DNA of 64,000 nucleotides from Terriglobia bacterium (GTDB lineage Bacteria; Acidobacteriota; Terriglobia; 20CM-2-55-15): NCBI GenBank assembly GCA_965218085.1, contig CBDCKF010000001.1, positions 619,983 to 683,982 of the forward strand, read 5' to 3'. Shown piece by piece: positions 39,825 to 49,765 of this stretch (position 1 is its first letter; each line of letters starts with the position of its first letter). The notes under the pieces were generated by a model. It saw only the letters and a program-made list of their open reading frames with translations, ran no database searches and was not told where the DNA came from. The position numbers and the translations under genes were made by a program.

Positions 39825-42800
39825 CTAGAAATTGTACTTCAAGGCGAACTGCCAAATTCGCGGCGAATCGGACTCTCGAATCAGGCCGAACACTCCACTA
39901 CTGACGTCGGTGTCGGGGTTCAGTGGCCTGAAGCTGTTGGTGATATTGTAGCCCTCGGCCCTGAACTCGATCTGCTGGCTCTCGCCGAGCTGGAAGGCCC
40001 TTGAGAGCGATAAATCGAAGGCCCAGGTTTTTAAACCGCGAAGACTGTTTCGGCCCACATTCCCGAAGGTGCCTGAAGCCGGGACCTCAAACGCGTTGCG
40101 GTCCAGATAGCTGGTACCGGGACGACCCGACTGTTCCCCAAATGGGCTGTCCGAGATCTGCTGCGCCCGCTGGGACTCGGTAGCCACCAGAGCATTGTCC
40201 TGGCCGGAAAGGATGTTCAGTGGAGATCCCGCGCTGAGCCGATAGATCCCGGACAGCCGCCAGTCCGAAGCCACGAGGCGCAACGTGGGGTTGGCGAACT
40301 CCGGGGTCGTGGCCACGGTCGTCCAATTCAAGCCATGCCGCCGGTCAGAGTCGCAATTGCCTCGATCAAAGCCGACGTCGAATGGATTGGTGAGGGTTTC
40401 ATCCGCGGCGGGCCCCGACCCGTTCGTGTCCGCTAGGTCTCCAATGCAATGGGACCATGTGTAGTTGGCATTGAGGACCAGGTTGCCGACTCTCCGCTGG
40501 AGGGAAACGAGCAAGCCATTGTAATGCATGCTGGCATCCGTGGTGATCTGGCCCACGGCTCCCATGATCTGGCCGTCCTGAGGCCGTGCCAGACTGAAAC
40601 GGCGCCGGTCATCCGTATTACCCGTCGTGGAGCACGGCCCCGGACCCGGCACTTCGGCTCGCCCCAGCACCACGGTGAACGGGTATGCGGCCCCGCTAGG
40701 GTCGAAACACGTGCCGCTGGCATCGGCATTGCCGGGGATGAAAACGGAGGGATTGATCGGATTCTGGGCCCAGATTTTCGACGTACGGCTCCCCAGATAG
40801 CTTGCCGACACCATCCAGTCCGTCGCAAACTGCCTCTGGAGGCTGAGGTTCCACGAGGATATTCTTGGCATGTCCACGTCGGTGGGATGGACCTGGTACA
40901 GCCCATGGGGGTTAAAACCCGCATCCGTGCCGGTGCTCAAGGGAAAAGGATCTCCGCCGGGTGTGGTGGACCAGGGGGCTGCCATCGGCACGCTGGGGAT
41001 GACAGTGAGGTTCGTCCAGGGAGCGGCGGCGACGTAATCCTCTTTCCAGAGCCCGGCCAGCGTTTCATAGCTGAGCGAGTAGGAGGCCCGCAGCGACGTC
41101 CGGCCGTCTCCGTTGACATCCCAGGCAAAACCGGCACGTGGCGCAAACCGCCACCATTTTTTTTCGGCGCCTGTCAGCCCTATGAAACCCGGGTCTCCGG
41201 GATAGGACATCCCAGTCGGAGCATTGGGGAACACTGTGCTCTTGACGCCCTGGTTGAAACGATCGATGTCAAAGCTGTAGATCCGGCCGTTGGTCATGAC
41301 CTGGGGAAGGTGGGGCTCCCACCGGAGGCCGTAGTTCAACGTGAAGTTGGGCGTGACGCTCCAGGAGTCCGTCGCATGCAGTGCGAGTGTCGTCTGTTTC
41401 GGTGTTTGTTCGATGGTCCCGGCATCAAAAAACAGGCTCACCTGCCCCGTCAGAAAATCCGCCATCGGCGAGCCGGTGGCAAAACCCCTGAATTGCATCC
41501 AGCCCACTCCAAAAAACCAGGCTTTCTCGTACTGCCTGCCCTGCGTCGCCTGGACGCCAAAATTCATCTGGTGGTCGCCCCGAATGAGGCTCAGGTCGTC
41601 GGAAAGCCCAAAGGATATCGCCTTCCAAAAAGTCGGGTCCGGGTGCCGGTTTCCGAGACGGAACGCGCCGGTCACCTGCCAGTAACTATTTGCGTTCTGA
41701 CAGAACATGTCGATACCGATATCGCATTGATTGAACGACGCGCCAGCGACCACATTGCTATTCACGCGATTGATCGACGCCCGAAACGAGTGGACCATAC
41801 TGTCGCCCATCAGATAAGTCGAGCCGATCGCATACGAATGGAGCAGGTTGTCGGCACCGGACCCATTGTGCGCGAGTATGCTTTGGCCAGAGTTCGCGGA
41901 AGCGCCGTCGGGTCGATCGTCCAGGTCCACCAGGAATCGTCCGAACAGCGAGTGCCTGTCGCTGAGTTGATAGTCTACCTTTCCCAAAAACTGATGCTGG
42001 TCAAATATACTCCTGGTGTTGAATGACACCTCACCGCACGGACCAGTCGGCGTCAAGCCGATTCTGTCGACGATCTCCAGAGCATGCGGACTGAAAAGCG
42101 CGGGGTCGATCATGCTGTTGCGGAAGCCACCGCGATTTATGGCTCTGGCGCCTGAGCACGCTTGGAAGGCCGAAAAGTCCCCGTTGAGCATCGCCGCCGT
42201 GGGAACAAAAGCCCGGCTGGACGCCGCATCCTGACGGAGCGTCGTACCCTGATAGCCCGCAAAGAAAAACAGCTGGTTCGGAACGATCGGCCCGCCGACG
42301 GTCCCTCCGTACTGGTTGCGCTTCAGCGTACTGCCCTCCCGGGCGTAGTATTCCCTGGCGTTGAACAGGTCGTTGCGGACAAACCAGAACGCGTTGCCGT
42401 GAAACTCGTTGGTGCCCGACTTGGTCACCATGTTCACTGCGCTTCCCTTTCCTTGGCTGGCAGACAATCCGGCGGTTTCCACCTTGAACTCCTGCACGGC
42501 GTCCGGAAAGGGTGTGGGCATGGCGGCGGCATTCATGTAGTTGACGTGAGCGGCTCCATCCAGGGTATAGGCCGTCCCGAAGCCGAGCCCGCCGCCAACC
42601 GATACTAAAGGCTGACCCGAGCCGCCTGTGTTAAAGCGGGCCGCACCCGTTACGACAGATCCACCGGCCAGGGTGATCAGATCCGTGACGTTACGCCCGT
42701 CGAGCGGCAGTTCCAAAATTCTCTCATTCTCTAATAACTGACCGACGCCCATACTCCGTGTTTCCACGAGTGCAGCGTTGGCTTGAACCTCGACTGTCTG

Positions 42801-43148
42801 GGCCACTTGGCCGACCTGGAGGATCACGTCGATGTCGAGCCTGTCGCCGACTTGAAGCACGATACCGGTCTGAACGTAGGTTTGGAACCCGGGCAGCGAT
42901 GCCTCTAAGCGATAGGGGCCGATCGCCAGGTTCGGTAGAAAGATGGCTCCGGCTTCATTGGTCACAACAGTCCGCGTGATACCCGTGTCAGTTTGAGTCA
43001 CCGTCAGTTCCGCACCCGGTATTAACGCACCGGTCTGGTCACTCACGCTCCCGCTGATCTCTGCCGTTGCCTGCGACCAGGCTACAGGACAGCTCAGAAC
43101 CAGTAGCAGTAACCCGCTCGACAACCTTACAGCGATTTTCGTCATCAC
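39825..43148 (-). CDS. TonB-dependent receptor-like outer-membrane protein with an N-terminal carboxypeptidase-regulatory-like domain (Acidobacteria Oar-like type)
   Basis: Signal peptide. N-terminal ISGSVSDQTGALIPGAELTVTQTDTGITRTVVTNEAGAIFLPNLAIGPYRLEA (CarboxypepD_reg), then a plug-like region and a long beta-barrel body ending ...ALKYNF (C-terminal Phe). 1107 aa. Confidence 0.8.
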   Translation of the reverse strand: MMTKIAVRLSSGLLLLVLSCPVAWSQATAEISGSVSDQTGALIPGAELTVTQTDTGITRTVVTNEAGAIFLPNLAIGPYRLEASLPGFQTYVQTGIVLQVGDRLDIDVILQVGQVAQTVEVQANAALVETRSMGVGQLLENERILELPLDGRNVTDLITLAGGSVVTGAARFNTGGSGQPLVSVGGGLGFGTAYTLDGAAHVNYMNAAAMPTPFPDAVQEFKVETAGLSASQGKGSAVNMVTKSGTNEFHGNAFWFVRNDLFNAREYYAREGSTLKRNQYGGTVGGPIVPNQLFFFAGYQGTTLRQDAASSRAFVPTAAMLNGDFSAFQACSGARAINRGGFRNSMIDPALFSPHALEIVDRIGLTPTGPCGEVSFNTRSIFDQHQFLGKVDYQLSDRHSLFGRFLVDLDDRPDGASANSGQSILAHNGSGADNLLHSYAIGSTYLMGDSMVHSFRASINRVNSNVVAGASFNQCDIGIDMFCQNANSYWQVTGAFRLGNRHPDPTFWKAISFGLSDDLSLIRGDHQMNFGVQATQGRQYEKAWFFGVGWMQFRGFATGSPMADFLTGQVSLFFDAGTIEQTPKQTTLALHATDSWSVTPNFTLNYGLRWEPHLPQVMTNGRIYSFDIDRFNQGVKSTVFPNAPTGMSYPGDPGFIGLTGAEKKWWRFAPRAGFAWDVNGDGRTSLRASYSLSYETLAGLWKEDYVAAAPWTNLTVIPSVPMAAPWSTTPGGDPFPLSTGTDAGFNPHGLYQVHPTDVDMPRISSWNLSLQRQFATDWMVSASYLGSRTSKIWAQNPINPSVFIPGNADASGTCFDPSGAAYPFTVVLGRAEVPGPGPCSTTGNTDDRRRFSLARPQDGQIMGAVGQITTDASMHYNGLLVSLQRRVGNLVLNANYTWSHCIGDLADTNGSGPAADETLTNPFDVGFDRGNCDSDRRHGLNWTTVATTPEFANPTLRLVASDWRLSGIYRLSAGSPLNILSGQDNALVATESQRAQQISDSPFGEQSGRPGTSYLDRNAFEVPASGTFGNVGRNSLRGLKTWAFDLSLSRAFQLGESQQIEFRAEGYNITNSFRPLNPDTDVSSGVFGLIRESDSPRIWQFALKYNF

Positions 43149-43479
43149 GATTCTTCCTCCAATTTAAAATCGAACCCACTTATGGCACGATCCGATTGAG
43201 ACCAAGGGACTTTTCCCCTTCAAACACGAGTAGTCACCAGTAAATCCCCAACCGCTATTGCACCTGACCATGACCTGAACGAAGCAGCGAAGTCACTACC
43301 TTCACAGACAGATGGTTAGCAGCGGACTACACACCCTTCGATTCGGTCCGGTTCATTAAATAGACAGCAATTATCTCAAAGCTCTCGCAAAGATAGTCGG
43401 AAATCTTCACTCGAACAAGGGGAAAAGCACCGAAAAGCTGGAATCTAAACGCTATTTCTGAATGGTTTACGGTTTGAGC

Positions 43480-43860
43480 GCATCACCGAAGTGATCGAGC
43501 CAGATTTGGTCGTCAAAACGGATCGAATCGATGATGAATGTATCGCCTTGCCAACGACCCGCTGAATATCTATTTCGTCGCGTTCATCGGTGTTGAGCCC
43601 CACATCCGCGGCCTCGTAATCCCCCGGCCGCACCGGTCGTTCTCGTTACAAACGAATTCCAGAAGCTACCATGTCGGATGGAGCACCCTAATGAAACGCT
43701 TCCGACCACAATTGGGTGAAATGCAGAGAGTCGTCAATCGTGACTTCATAGGCGACGACACTCGGGCCGATCCACTGGACCCGTTCGATGACAGCAGGGC
43801 GTCAGCATGCCAAAGACTTCCATTCGGATGGGGATTGTCCAACCAACCATGCTACAAGCG
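43480..43860 (-). pseudogene. Decayed C-terminal remnant of a family-A gene upstream of the TBDR
   Basis: Contains LHPTWELLEFVCNENDRCGRG... and WHADALL...TIDD-like segments with stops and frameshifts. Confidence 0.4.
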
Positions 43861-44987
43861 TGACGGAGGGGAGGACACCTGCGCTTCCTGATTCTGCATG
43901 TGAAATTTTCCGCATCCGGCAATTTCCCGACGAAAACCGGGCTTCCCTCGGCCAACTGCACCAACGATTCCTCGAAGAGAACGCAGAAGTCTAGGCCTTG
44001 GCGTTTGCCCATTCCGGGGCCCTGCTTAACGGGTTGGAACCGTTCGCCCGGTTCGTCGAGGGCAACTAAGGGCAGCGACAACCGATCAGTTTACTGGGCA
44101 TCGTCGAGCTGGGCATCGGCCGGATCGCACGTGCCGCCGCTGCAGACGCGATCTTTCAACAGGGCGGCTGGTTTGTAGTCGACACGACCGACAGGGCGGT
44201 GGATGAAGCCGCCGTGGACAAAGTGCGTTTGACGAGTCCTTCCACGGATCTTTCCAACTAACTTCTTTGACAATAGCTTCTTCAGGACGCCAACTCTGTC
44301 GAGAAGGCTATAGCGCGCATCGCCGCAGCAACAGCGCCGGGTCAGATATTGCGATACATACGTTAGAAGGTTAGAAGGGGAGTCCACGATGAAGTTAAGA
44401 TTCCTTGCACTAGAAGGGATCCAGTGAAAATGATGGGCAGCCTCGGGACTACTTTCCTATCCTATTTTACTCGCTCTTTCGCAGGTGTAACAGCTTGGGT
44501 AAGGAGTGCCTCGTATGGCCGACCCGGTTCATCCATACGAACGGAGTTCGAGTCGGAGTCAGGTGTTCTGTGAAGCGCTGCTGGCCAACCTGAGTCATCA
44601 AGGCCCAAGAGAGTGTGCGCTGGCTGGGAACTCTGCGCACGAACTACCCAGCTTGTCGCGGGTCTACGGCTTCTGGAAACACAGCTTGAATATCGAACGC
44701 GAAGAGATCCGAGCGTATCTGGAAATGTTCCCGGGGTTGATGTGCCGTCCTCTGGCCGTGGTGCAAGAGCCCGGGTCGGATCCACAGATTTCCGGGCTGC
44801 GGTGCGAGGCCGGCGACGCAGCTTCCGCCACCAGATGAAAGAAGTGCGATCGCAAACAAATATGTTGGCTTCAGTCTGTTGTGGGCCAGACGACAATAGA
44901 CTAGCCGGTACGCTTCGATCTGGAGTAGCCTTTCTGACCTGACCTGAACCTAATGGGGACTTTTATTTCGAGGGTAGATCATCAGGC

Positions 44988-46292
44988 GTGTTGGGGTTCA
45001 AGATGATCGACGCATTCGTCTGCGAGAACCCTCAGGATTACCTAAACCTGCTCGACCGCGAACAGGATCGGTCTCAACGCATTTTCGGTTCAAACACCAT
45101 GCCACGACTCGAACGTTTGCCACAGATTGCTCGTAACAGGCTCCGGACTTTTCCGGCGCAGGTTAATGACACGACTCCGTTTCTGCCGCCCGAGGCACCG
45201 CTCGCGGAAAGTCGCCTTGCGATTGTAACGACAGCCGGCTTGCACCGACGCAGCGACCGGCCATTCGGTCCACGTGAACAGACCTATCGCGTCATCCCAT
45301 CGCAAACGCCTGTCTCGGAAATCGTTCAGAGCCACACGAGCATAGGATTTGACCGCGTGCCGATCATTCGCGATCTCAACGTCACCTTCCCTATCGACCG
45401 CGTGCGGGAACTCGTATCCTGCGGCGAAGTCGGATCGCTTGCCCGAAACTGCTACTCGTTCATGGGTGCGCTTCGCGAGGTCTCACGTATCCAGGGCGAG
45501 TCCGGACCGGAAGTTGCGGAATGCCTTCGTGCCGAGAAGGTTGGCGTTGCACTGATCACCCCTACCTGACCGGCCTGCACGCACACAGGTGGTGTGCTGG
45601 CCCGGACGCTGGAACAGCAAGGCATCACGACAGTTTCTATCAGCATGGTTCGCGAGCACACCGAGAAGGTGAAGCCGCCGCGTGCGCTCTGGGTGCCCTT
45701 CCCGTTTGGTCATGCTCTGGGCCGTCCGAACGACGCGGAACTTCAGCACCGCGTCTTGAAGGCCGCTCTCGATCTGCTTGGAGAACCGACCGGGCCCGTC
45801 CTCCGTGACTTCCCCGATACTGCAGAAAGCGGAGACCAGCCGAGCGAGCCGGTGCAAGCATCTGCTGTCGCTCCCCCGGATGCATTGTTTGATGATCCGG
45901 CGATGGAGGTGACACAGATGCGCCAGTACCATACGCAGTGGCTGGCCGAGAATGTCGGCCGCACGGCAGTCGGGCTCAGCGGCATCCCGACTGTGGGGTT
46001 CCGTGGCATCGTGCGCTTCCTGGAAAAGTTCGCCGAAGGTGCGAATGCTGACATGTCCGAACGCCCACCCGAGATGCCGTTGCCGAATTTCATTCGCTAC
46101 TGCTCAGACGATCTGAAAGCGCTCTTTTTCGAAGGGCGCATGGTGATGACGAAGAACGCCGGTGGAGATGAAATCGCCCAGTGGTTCTGGGGAGAGACCG
46201 CGACCGGCCAGCTCTTGAGACTCGTCCACGCTCAGCTCGACGCTTCCGACAATCCTCAGTCGAAGGCCGCCGCCTTCGGCATCGTGCGGTAA
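44988..46292 (+). CDS. Candidate selenoprotein of unknown family. A single reading frame is interrupted by an in-frame TGA at 45567-45569, giving a T-U-P-A-C (UxxC) motif.
   Basis: ORFs 44988-45569 and 45594-46292 share one frame and are separated only by TGA + 8 sense codons. A stem-loop GCACAC-AGGTG-GTGTGC starts 12 nt after the TGA. Confidence 0.45.
45581..45597 (+). promoter_or_regulatory. SECIS-like hairpin (6-bp stem, AGGUG apical loop) 12 nt downstream of the in-frame UGA
   Basis: GCACAC/GTGTGC stem. Loop G and U lie at +21 to +23 from the UGA, as in bacterial SECIS elements. Confidence 0.4.
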
Positions 46293-46390
46293 CGAAGGCC
46301 TTCCAGGCCTGGTGCGAGGCGCCCCCGTCAAATTAACCCGGCTGAAGCGGGCCAGCGGCGGGCCACCCCTGGAGTTCGCGTCGCCCTATA

Positions 46391-47302
46391 GTGTCTCTGG
46401 GGTTCGAGCAGAGAATCGTAGGTCAATTCGAAACATTCTACGTGACCGACACGCAGCCGTTAGGGGACCTGTTCAAAGCAAAAGCGGTGGACCCAGACAC
46501 TCAGATCCTGGTAACCGAAACGGTTGCCGGAAAGCTTGCGCTCTTGACCGACCAGATGTCGTACCATCATATTGCACAACGCAACGCCAACGGCCAGGAC
46601 TGGATGGCGACGTTCTGAGTGATCTGCAATACCGGGGTCAGTTTGACCCCGACAATCGACGGCAAGCTGCAGCACTTCGTAGTCCACGGCGTCTACGATG
46701 GCCTGTCCATAATGGCAGACACCGAGACCTTAACTCTGTGGAATCACATCACAGGCGAGGCTGTCTATGGTGAGTCAGTGAGTCATCGTCTCCCGATATC
46801 GAACCTGCTGCACATGAATGTAGAACAGGTGTTGGAGATGGATCCGAACATCGAAATCGCGATCTCCTCGTATCAAGGGCGGTTGATCGGCGGCGGACAG
46901 TACACCCCGGACAACACCGACGCGACTCTGTTCCCCTCGTTCACCGACACACTTGGTACTGAGGACAATCGGCGCCCCCGGATAAACAAGGGCCTGGGTG
47001 TCTGGACGGACCAGACGCATCGCTACTATTCACTCCACAGCATCCGTGAGAAGGGTGAGGCTCTTATCGATGAGCTCGACGGGCGGAACATCTTGATCTA
47101 CGTCGATCCGATTTCATCCACACCGGCGGCCCTCTACGTGGACGCCGCAGACGCCCACTTCGAAGGAAGGGAAATCCGTCTCGACAATGGATTTGTAGTT
47201 CGGGCAGGTGTCCTCGTTGGGCCAGACGGCGAATCCAGGACGGCGGAACGTCCGCTGCACATTACGAACCGGCGAACAACCGAGGTGTCCCGAGGACGTT
47301 GA
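46391..47302 (+). CDS. Second candidate selenoprotein of unknown family. In-frame TGA at 46616-46618 gives F-U-V-I-C (UxxC).
   Basis: ORFs 46391-46618 and 46619-47302 are in the same frame across one TGA. A hairpin CGGGGTC-AGTTT-GACCCCG starts 17 nt downstream. Confidence 0.4.
46633..46651 (+). promoter_or_regulatory. SECIS-like hairpin (7-bp stem, AGUUU loop) downstream of the second in-frame UGA
   Basis: Perfect inverted repeat CGGGGTC/GACCCCG. G-U in the apical loop. Confidence 0.35.
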
Positions 47303-47678
47303 ATACGATCAGTCAAAGGCAGCCTTCATGAGTTAATGCCATAGAAGTGCGGCTGACATTCTGAACGCGCGCTTTAGATTGTTGAAAGCGAGACGGGGAT
47401 TCGAACCCGCTACGGCACCTCATAGCATCCAAGAGACATCATCGCAGCCCCCCTTTTCCTTACTTCTGGGCGGGACGTATCCGAACGTTTCCCTATGCTG
47501 GTATCAGCCCAGACGCGCTGGTCCAGATGTCGCTTGAACTTTTCCAGCCCGTTGTTACGAATGATCCTATCAATTATGGGGAGGACGCTGCACGCGACCA
47601 CTCCCTTTTTGATCATCACAAAAAGCCTTCCATTAATCTCGTTCCCGAGATGACTCGCTCGTGGTCGCCACCGTTCCG

Positions 47679-48056
47679 TCACGGCGATTCCCCGAAATCC
47701 TGCTCCTGGTACTCCGCCAGGTGCTTGTAGTCTTCTCGTATCGGAGAAAAGACATCCAGATTGAGTGCCACCTCGCTTCCCAACGGCTCGGCATAGTGTT
47801 CGACGCCGGGCGGCACCCAAAGCATCGAACCAGACTCCATATCAAATGCCTCATCGCCGATGTGGTACCTGAGGCGTCCTTTGAGCAGGAGGGCCAACTG
47901 CTCGAAGGGGTGGCTGTGGGGATTGACCTTCATCCCCGGACGGAGCCAGTTCCATACCATCACGACGTTCTGGCCACGAAAACCCACCCGCTCGACACCC
48001 TCACGGACAGATTCCCGCGACAACTCATTCCAGTTGTACATCGTCGTCAGTTTCAT
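47679..48056 (-). CDS. Cupin-domain protein (125 aa)
   Basis: Start at MKLTTMYNWNEL (GGAGG RBS). Cupin motifs G..V.M....PG...NPHSHP.EQ and G.MLWVPPGVEH. Confidence 0.7.
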   Translation of the reverse strand: MKLTTMYNWNELSRESVREGVERVGFRGQNVVMVWNWLRPGMKVNPHSHPFEQLALLLKGRLRYHIGDEAFDMESGSMLWVPPGVEHYAEPLGSEVALNLDVFSPIREDYKHLAEYQEQDFGESP

Positions 48057-48350
48057 CGCTCCTCCAATCTGAAAAACGGAATTGCAAGCCCCGTTGACTG
48101 TCGATGAGGGCCGACCCGGAATGGTAACCGAACCGGCCTGTCCGAGTTCGCTGGTACGATCCTCTAGCGAAATGTCGACCACCACATGATACTCGGCCGG
48201 GTTGCAGGGGATAGCCGGGAAACTACTTTCATGTCGGTAGCAGATGATCTTGTCCGGTGGTAGTAACAAATGCAATGTCCGATCTGAACGAAATAAGGGG
48301 ACCCGCCCCAGGATGTCGGTCGGGCTGATCGGCGATCCAAACCGGAGAAC

Positions 48351-49643
48351 TTAACGCTGTTCCCTTGAGCGCCGTGCGCTTTCCTCGTCGAGGATTCTTT
48401 GCCGAAGGGTGGCGTCGATCAGCCGCCCGTTGACTATGACCGCGTTGATGCTCCGTGTGTTGGTGATGTCCAATAGCGGATCGGCGTCCAACAGCAGTAG
48501 ATCGGCGAGCTTTCCAGCTTCCACGCTTCCCAGCTGATCGGTCAGTTCCAGCAGGATCGTCGGATTGATGATAGCGATCTGGAGGACTTCCAACGGAGAG
48601 AACCCGGCTTCTACGAAACCGGCAAGCTCGTTGTGCAGGACTCGTTCGTCCGCGGCTCCGAATCCAATACCCGGCCAGTCCGTGCCCGCCAGGAGACGTA
48701 CGCCTTCATGGGCTGCAATCCGGGTGATTTCTCCGTTGAACTGGCGCTGCCACCGGTTCCCCCGCCCGGGCCCGCCTAGGATCGGCGTCAGCCACTTACC
48801 GTTCCGAACGAGCAGCCGGGCGCTCTCTTCGCAGCGCGGGGGGTTGATCGCTATCGGGCTGGTGGCGTTGGCGATATTCGCGAGCGAGGCGGGATCTTCC
48901 GCGCATTGGGCATCGAGCCCCCGGAGATGCTCGATCGGGTTCTGGCCGGCGTTCGAGGCTTCGATGACATCGACGTTCGGAGGGAGATGTCCGGTGAAGC
49001 GCAATCCCCATCGCTTGGCCTCCTCCGCTATCGCGAAGTAGGTTTCCCGCGAGAGCCCGTTGCGGACCTTGATCATGTCGACTCTGGCCGCCGCGAGCCG
49101 GTTCACGATCGCCCGACCTTCTTCCGGAGTTTCGATCACCAAGAGGATACCGTCGATAAAGCCGTCGGGCACGCCCGGAAAATTCGGGGGAACGCCGTCG
49201 AGTCCCGGCCCGGTAACGTATATCCGCGGAGCAACGAGTTCTCTCTCAATCAGAGCTGCACGCGCCTCGCGAATCTCCTCGAAACGGCTGGCCATGTCCC
49301 GGATGCCGGTGATGCCGTTCGCGACTACCTGCGGAAGAGCACGCTCGGCACCATTGAACAGGGAATGGGTGTGCATGTCCCAGAGCCCGGGGATCAAGAA
49401 TTTGCCGCGCCCGTCGACCATCCGCACACCCGTTGGAAGACTCACGCTGGCCGAGGGCAGCACCGCCGAGATTCGCTGGCCCTCGACGATGACAGTCTGG
49501 TCGCTCGAACGCGTTCCAGTTTCGACATCGATCACCGTGACGTGTTCGATGGCGAACGAATCCGCGGCTGGAGGTTGGGCCAGCAGAGGCCCAGCAGTCA
49601 ACAGCGTTAGAGCAAGAATCAACATTGCCGAGCTCCGATACAT
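48351..49643 (-). CDS. Secreted amidohydrolase-family metal-dependent hydrolase
   Basis: Signal peptide. GLWDMHTHS (HxH metal motif), TGP...G.D. 430 aa. Confidence 0.8.
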   Translation of the reverse strand: MYRSSAMLILALTLLTAGPLLAQPPAADSFAIEHVTVIDVETGTRSSDQTVIVEGQRISAVLPSASVSLPTGVRMVDGRGKFLIPGLWDMHTHSLFNGAERALPQVVANGITGIRDMASRFEEIREARAALIERELVAPRIYVTGPGLDGVPPNFPGVPDGFIDGILLVIETPEEGRAIVNRLAAARVDMIKVRNGLSRETYFAIAEEAKRWGLRFTGHLPPNVDVIEASNAGQNPIEHLRGLDAQCAEDPASLANIANATSPIAINPPRCEESARLLVRNGKWLTPILGGPGRGNRWQRQFNGEITRIAAHEGVRLLAGTDWPGIGFGAADERVLHNELAGFVEAGFSPLEVLQIAIINPTILLELTDQLGSVEAGKLADLLLLDADPLLDITNTRSINAVIVNGRLIDATLRQRILDEESARRSREQR

Positions 49644-49765
49644 TCCAAGCCTCCCTAGTGATGGAGCAATACATTGCGGGGTGGGGTCCCCAACGGTAAT
49701 GCGACAATCGAATTCGGAAATGCTCAGCCTTTACCGAAAAGATCTTCGGATGGGGAACTGACTTC

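Noticed and set aside
40449-42026. 525-aa plus-strand ORF
   Set aside because: Antisense to the TonB-dependent receptor gene. Spurious.
44988-46292. Assignment of the first TGA-containing protein to the GrdB/PrdB (glycine/proline reductase selenoprotein B) family
   Set aside because: Only vague resemblance from memory. The Sec position (near the middle) does not match where I recall the GrdB Sec to be. Left as unknown family.
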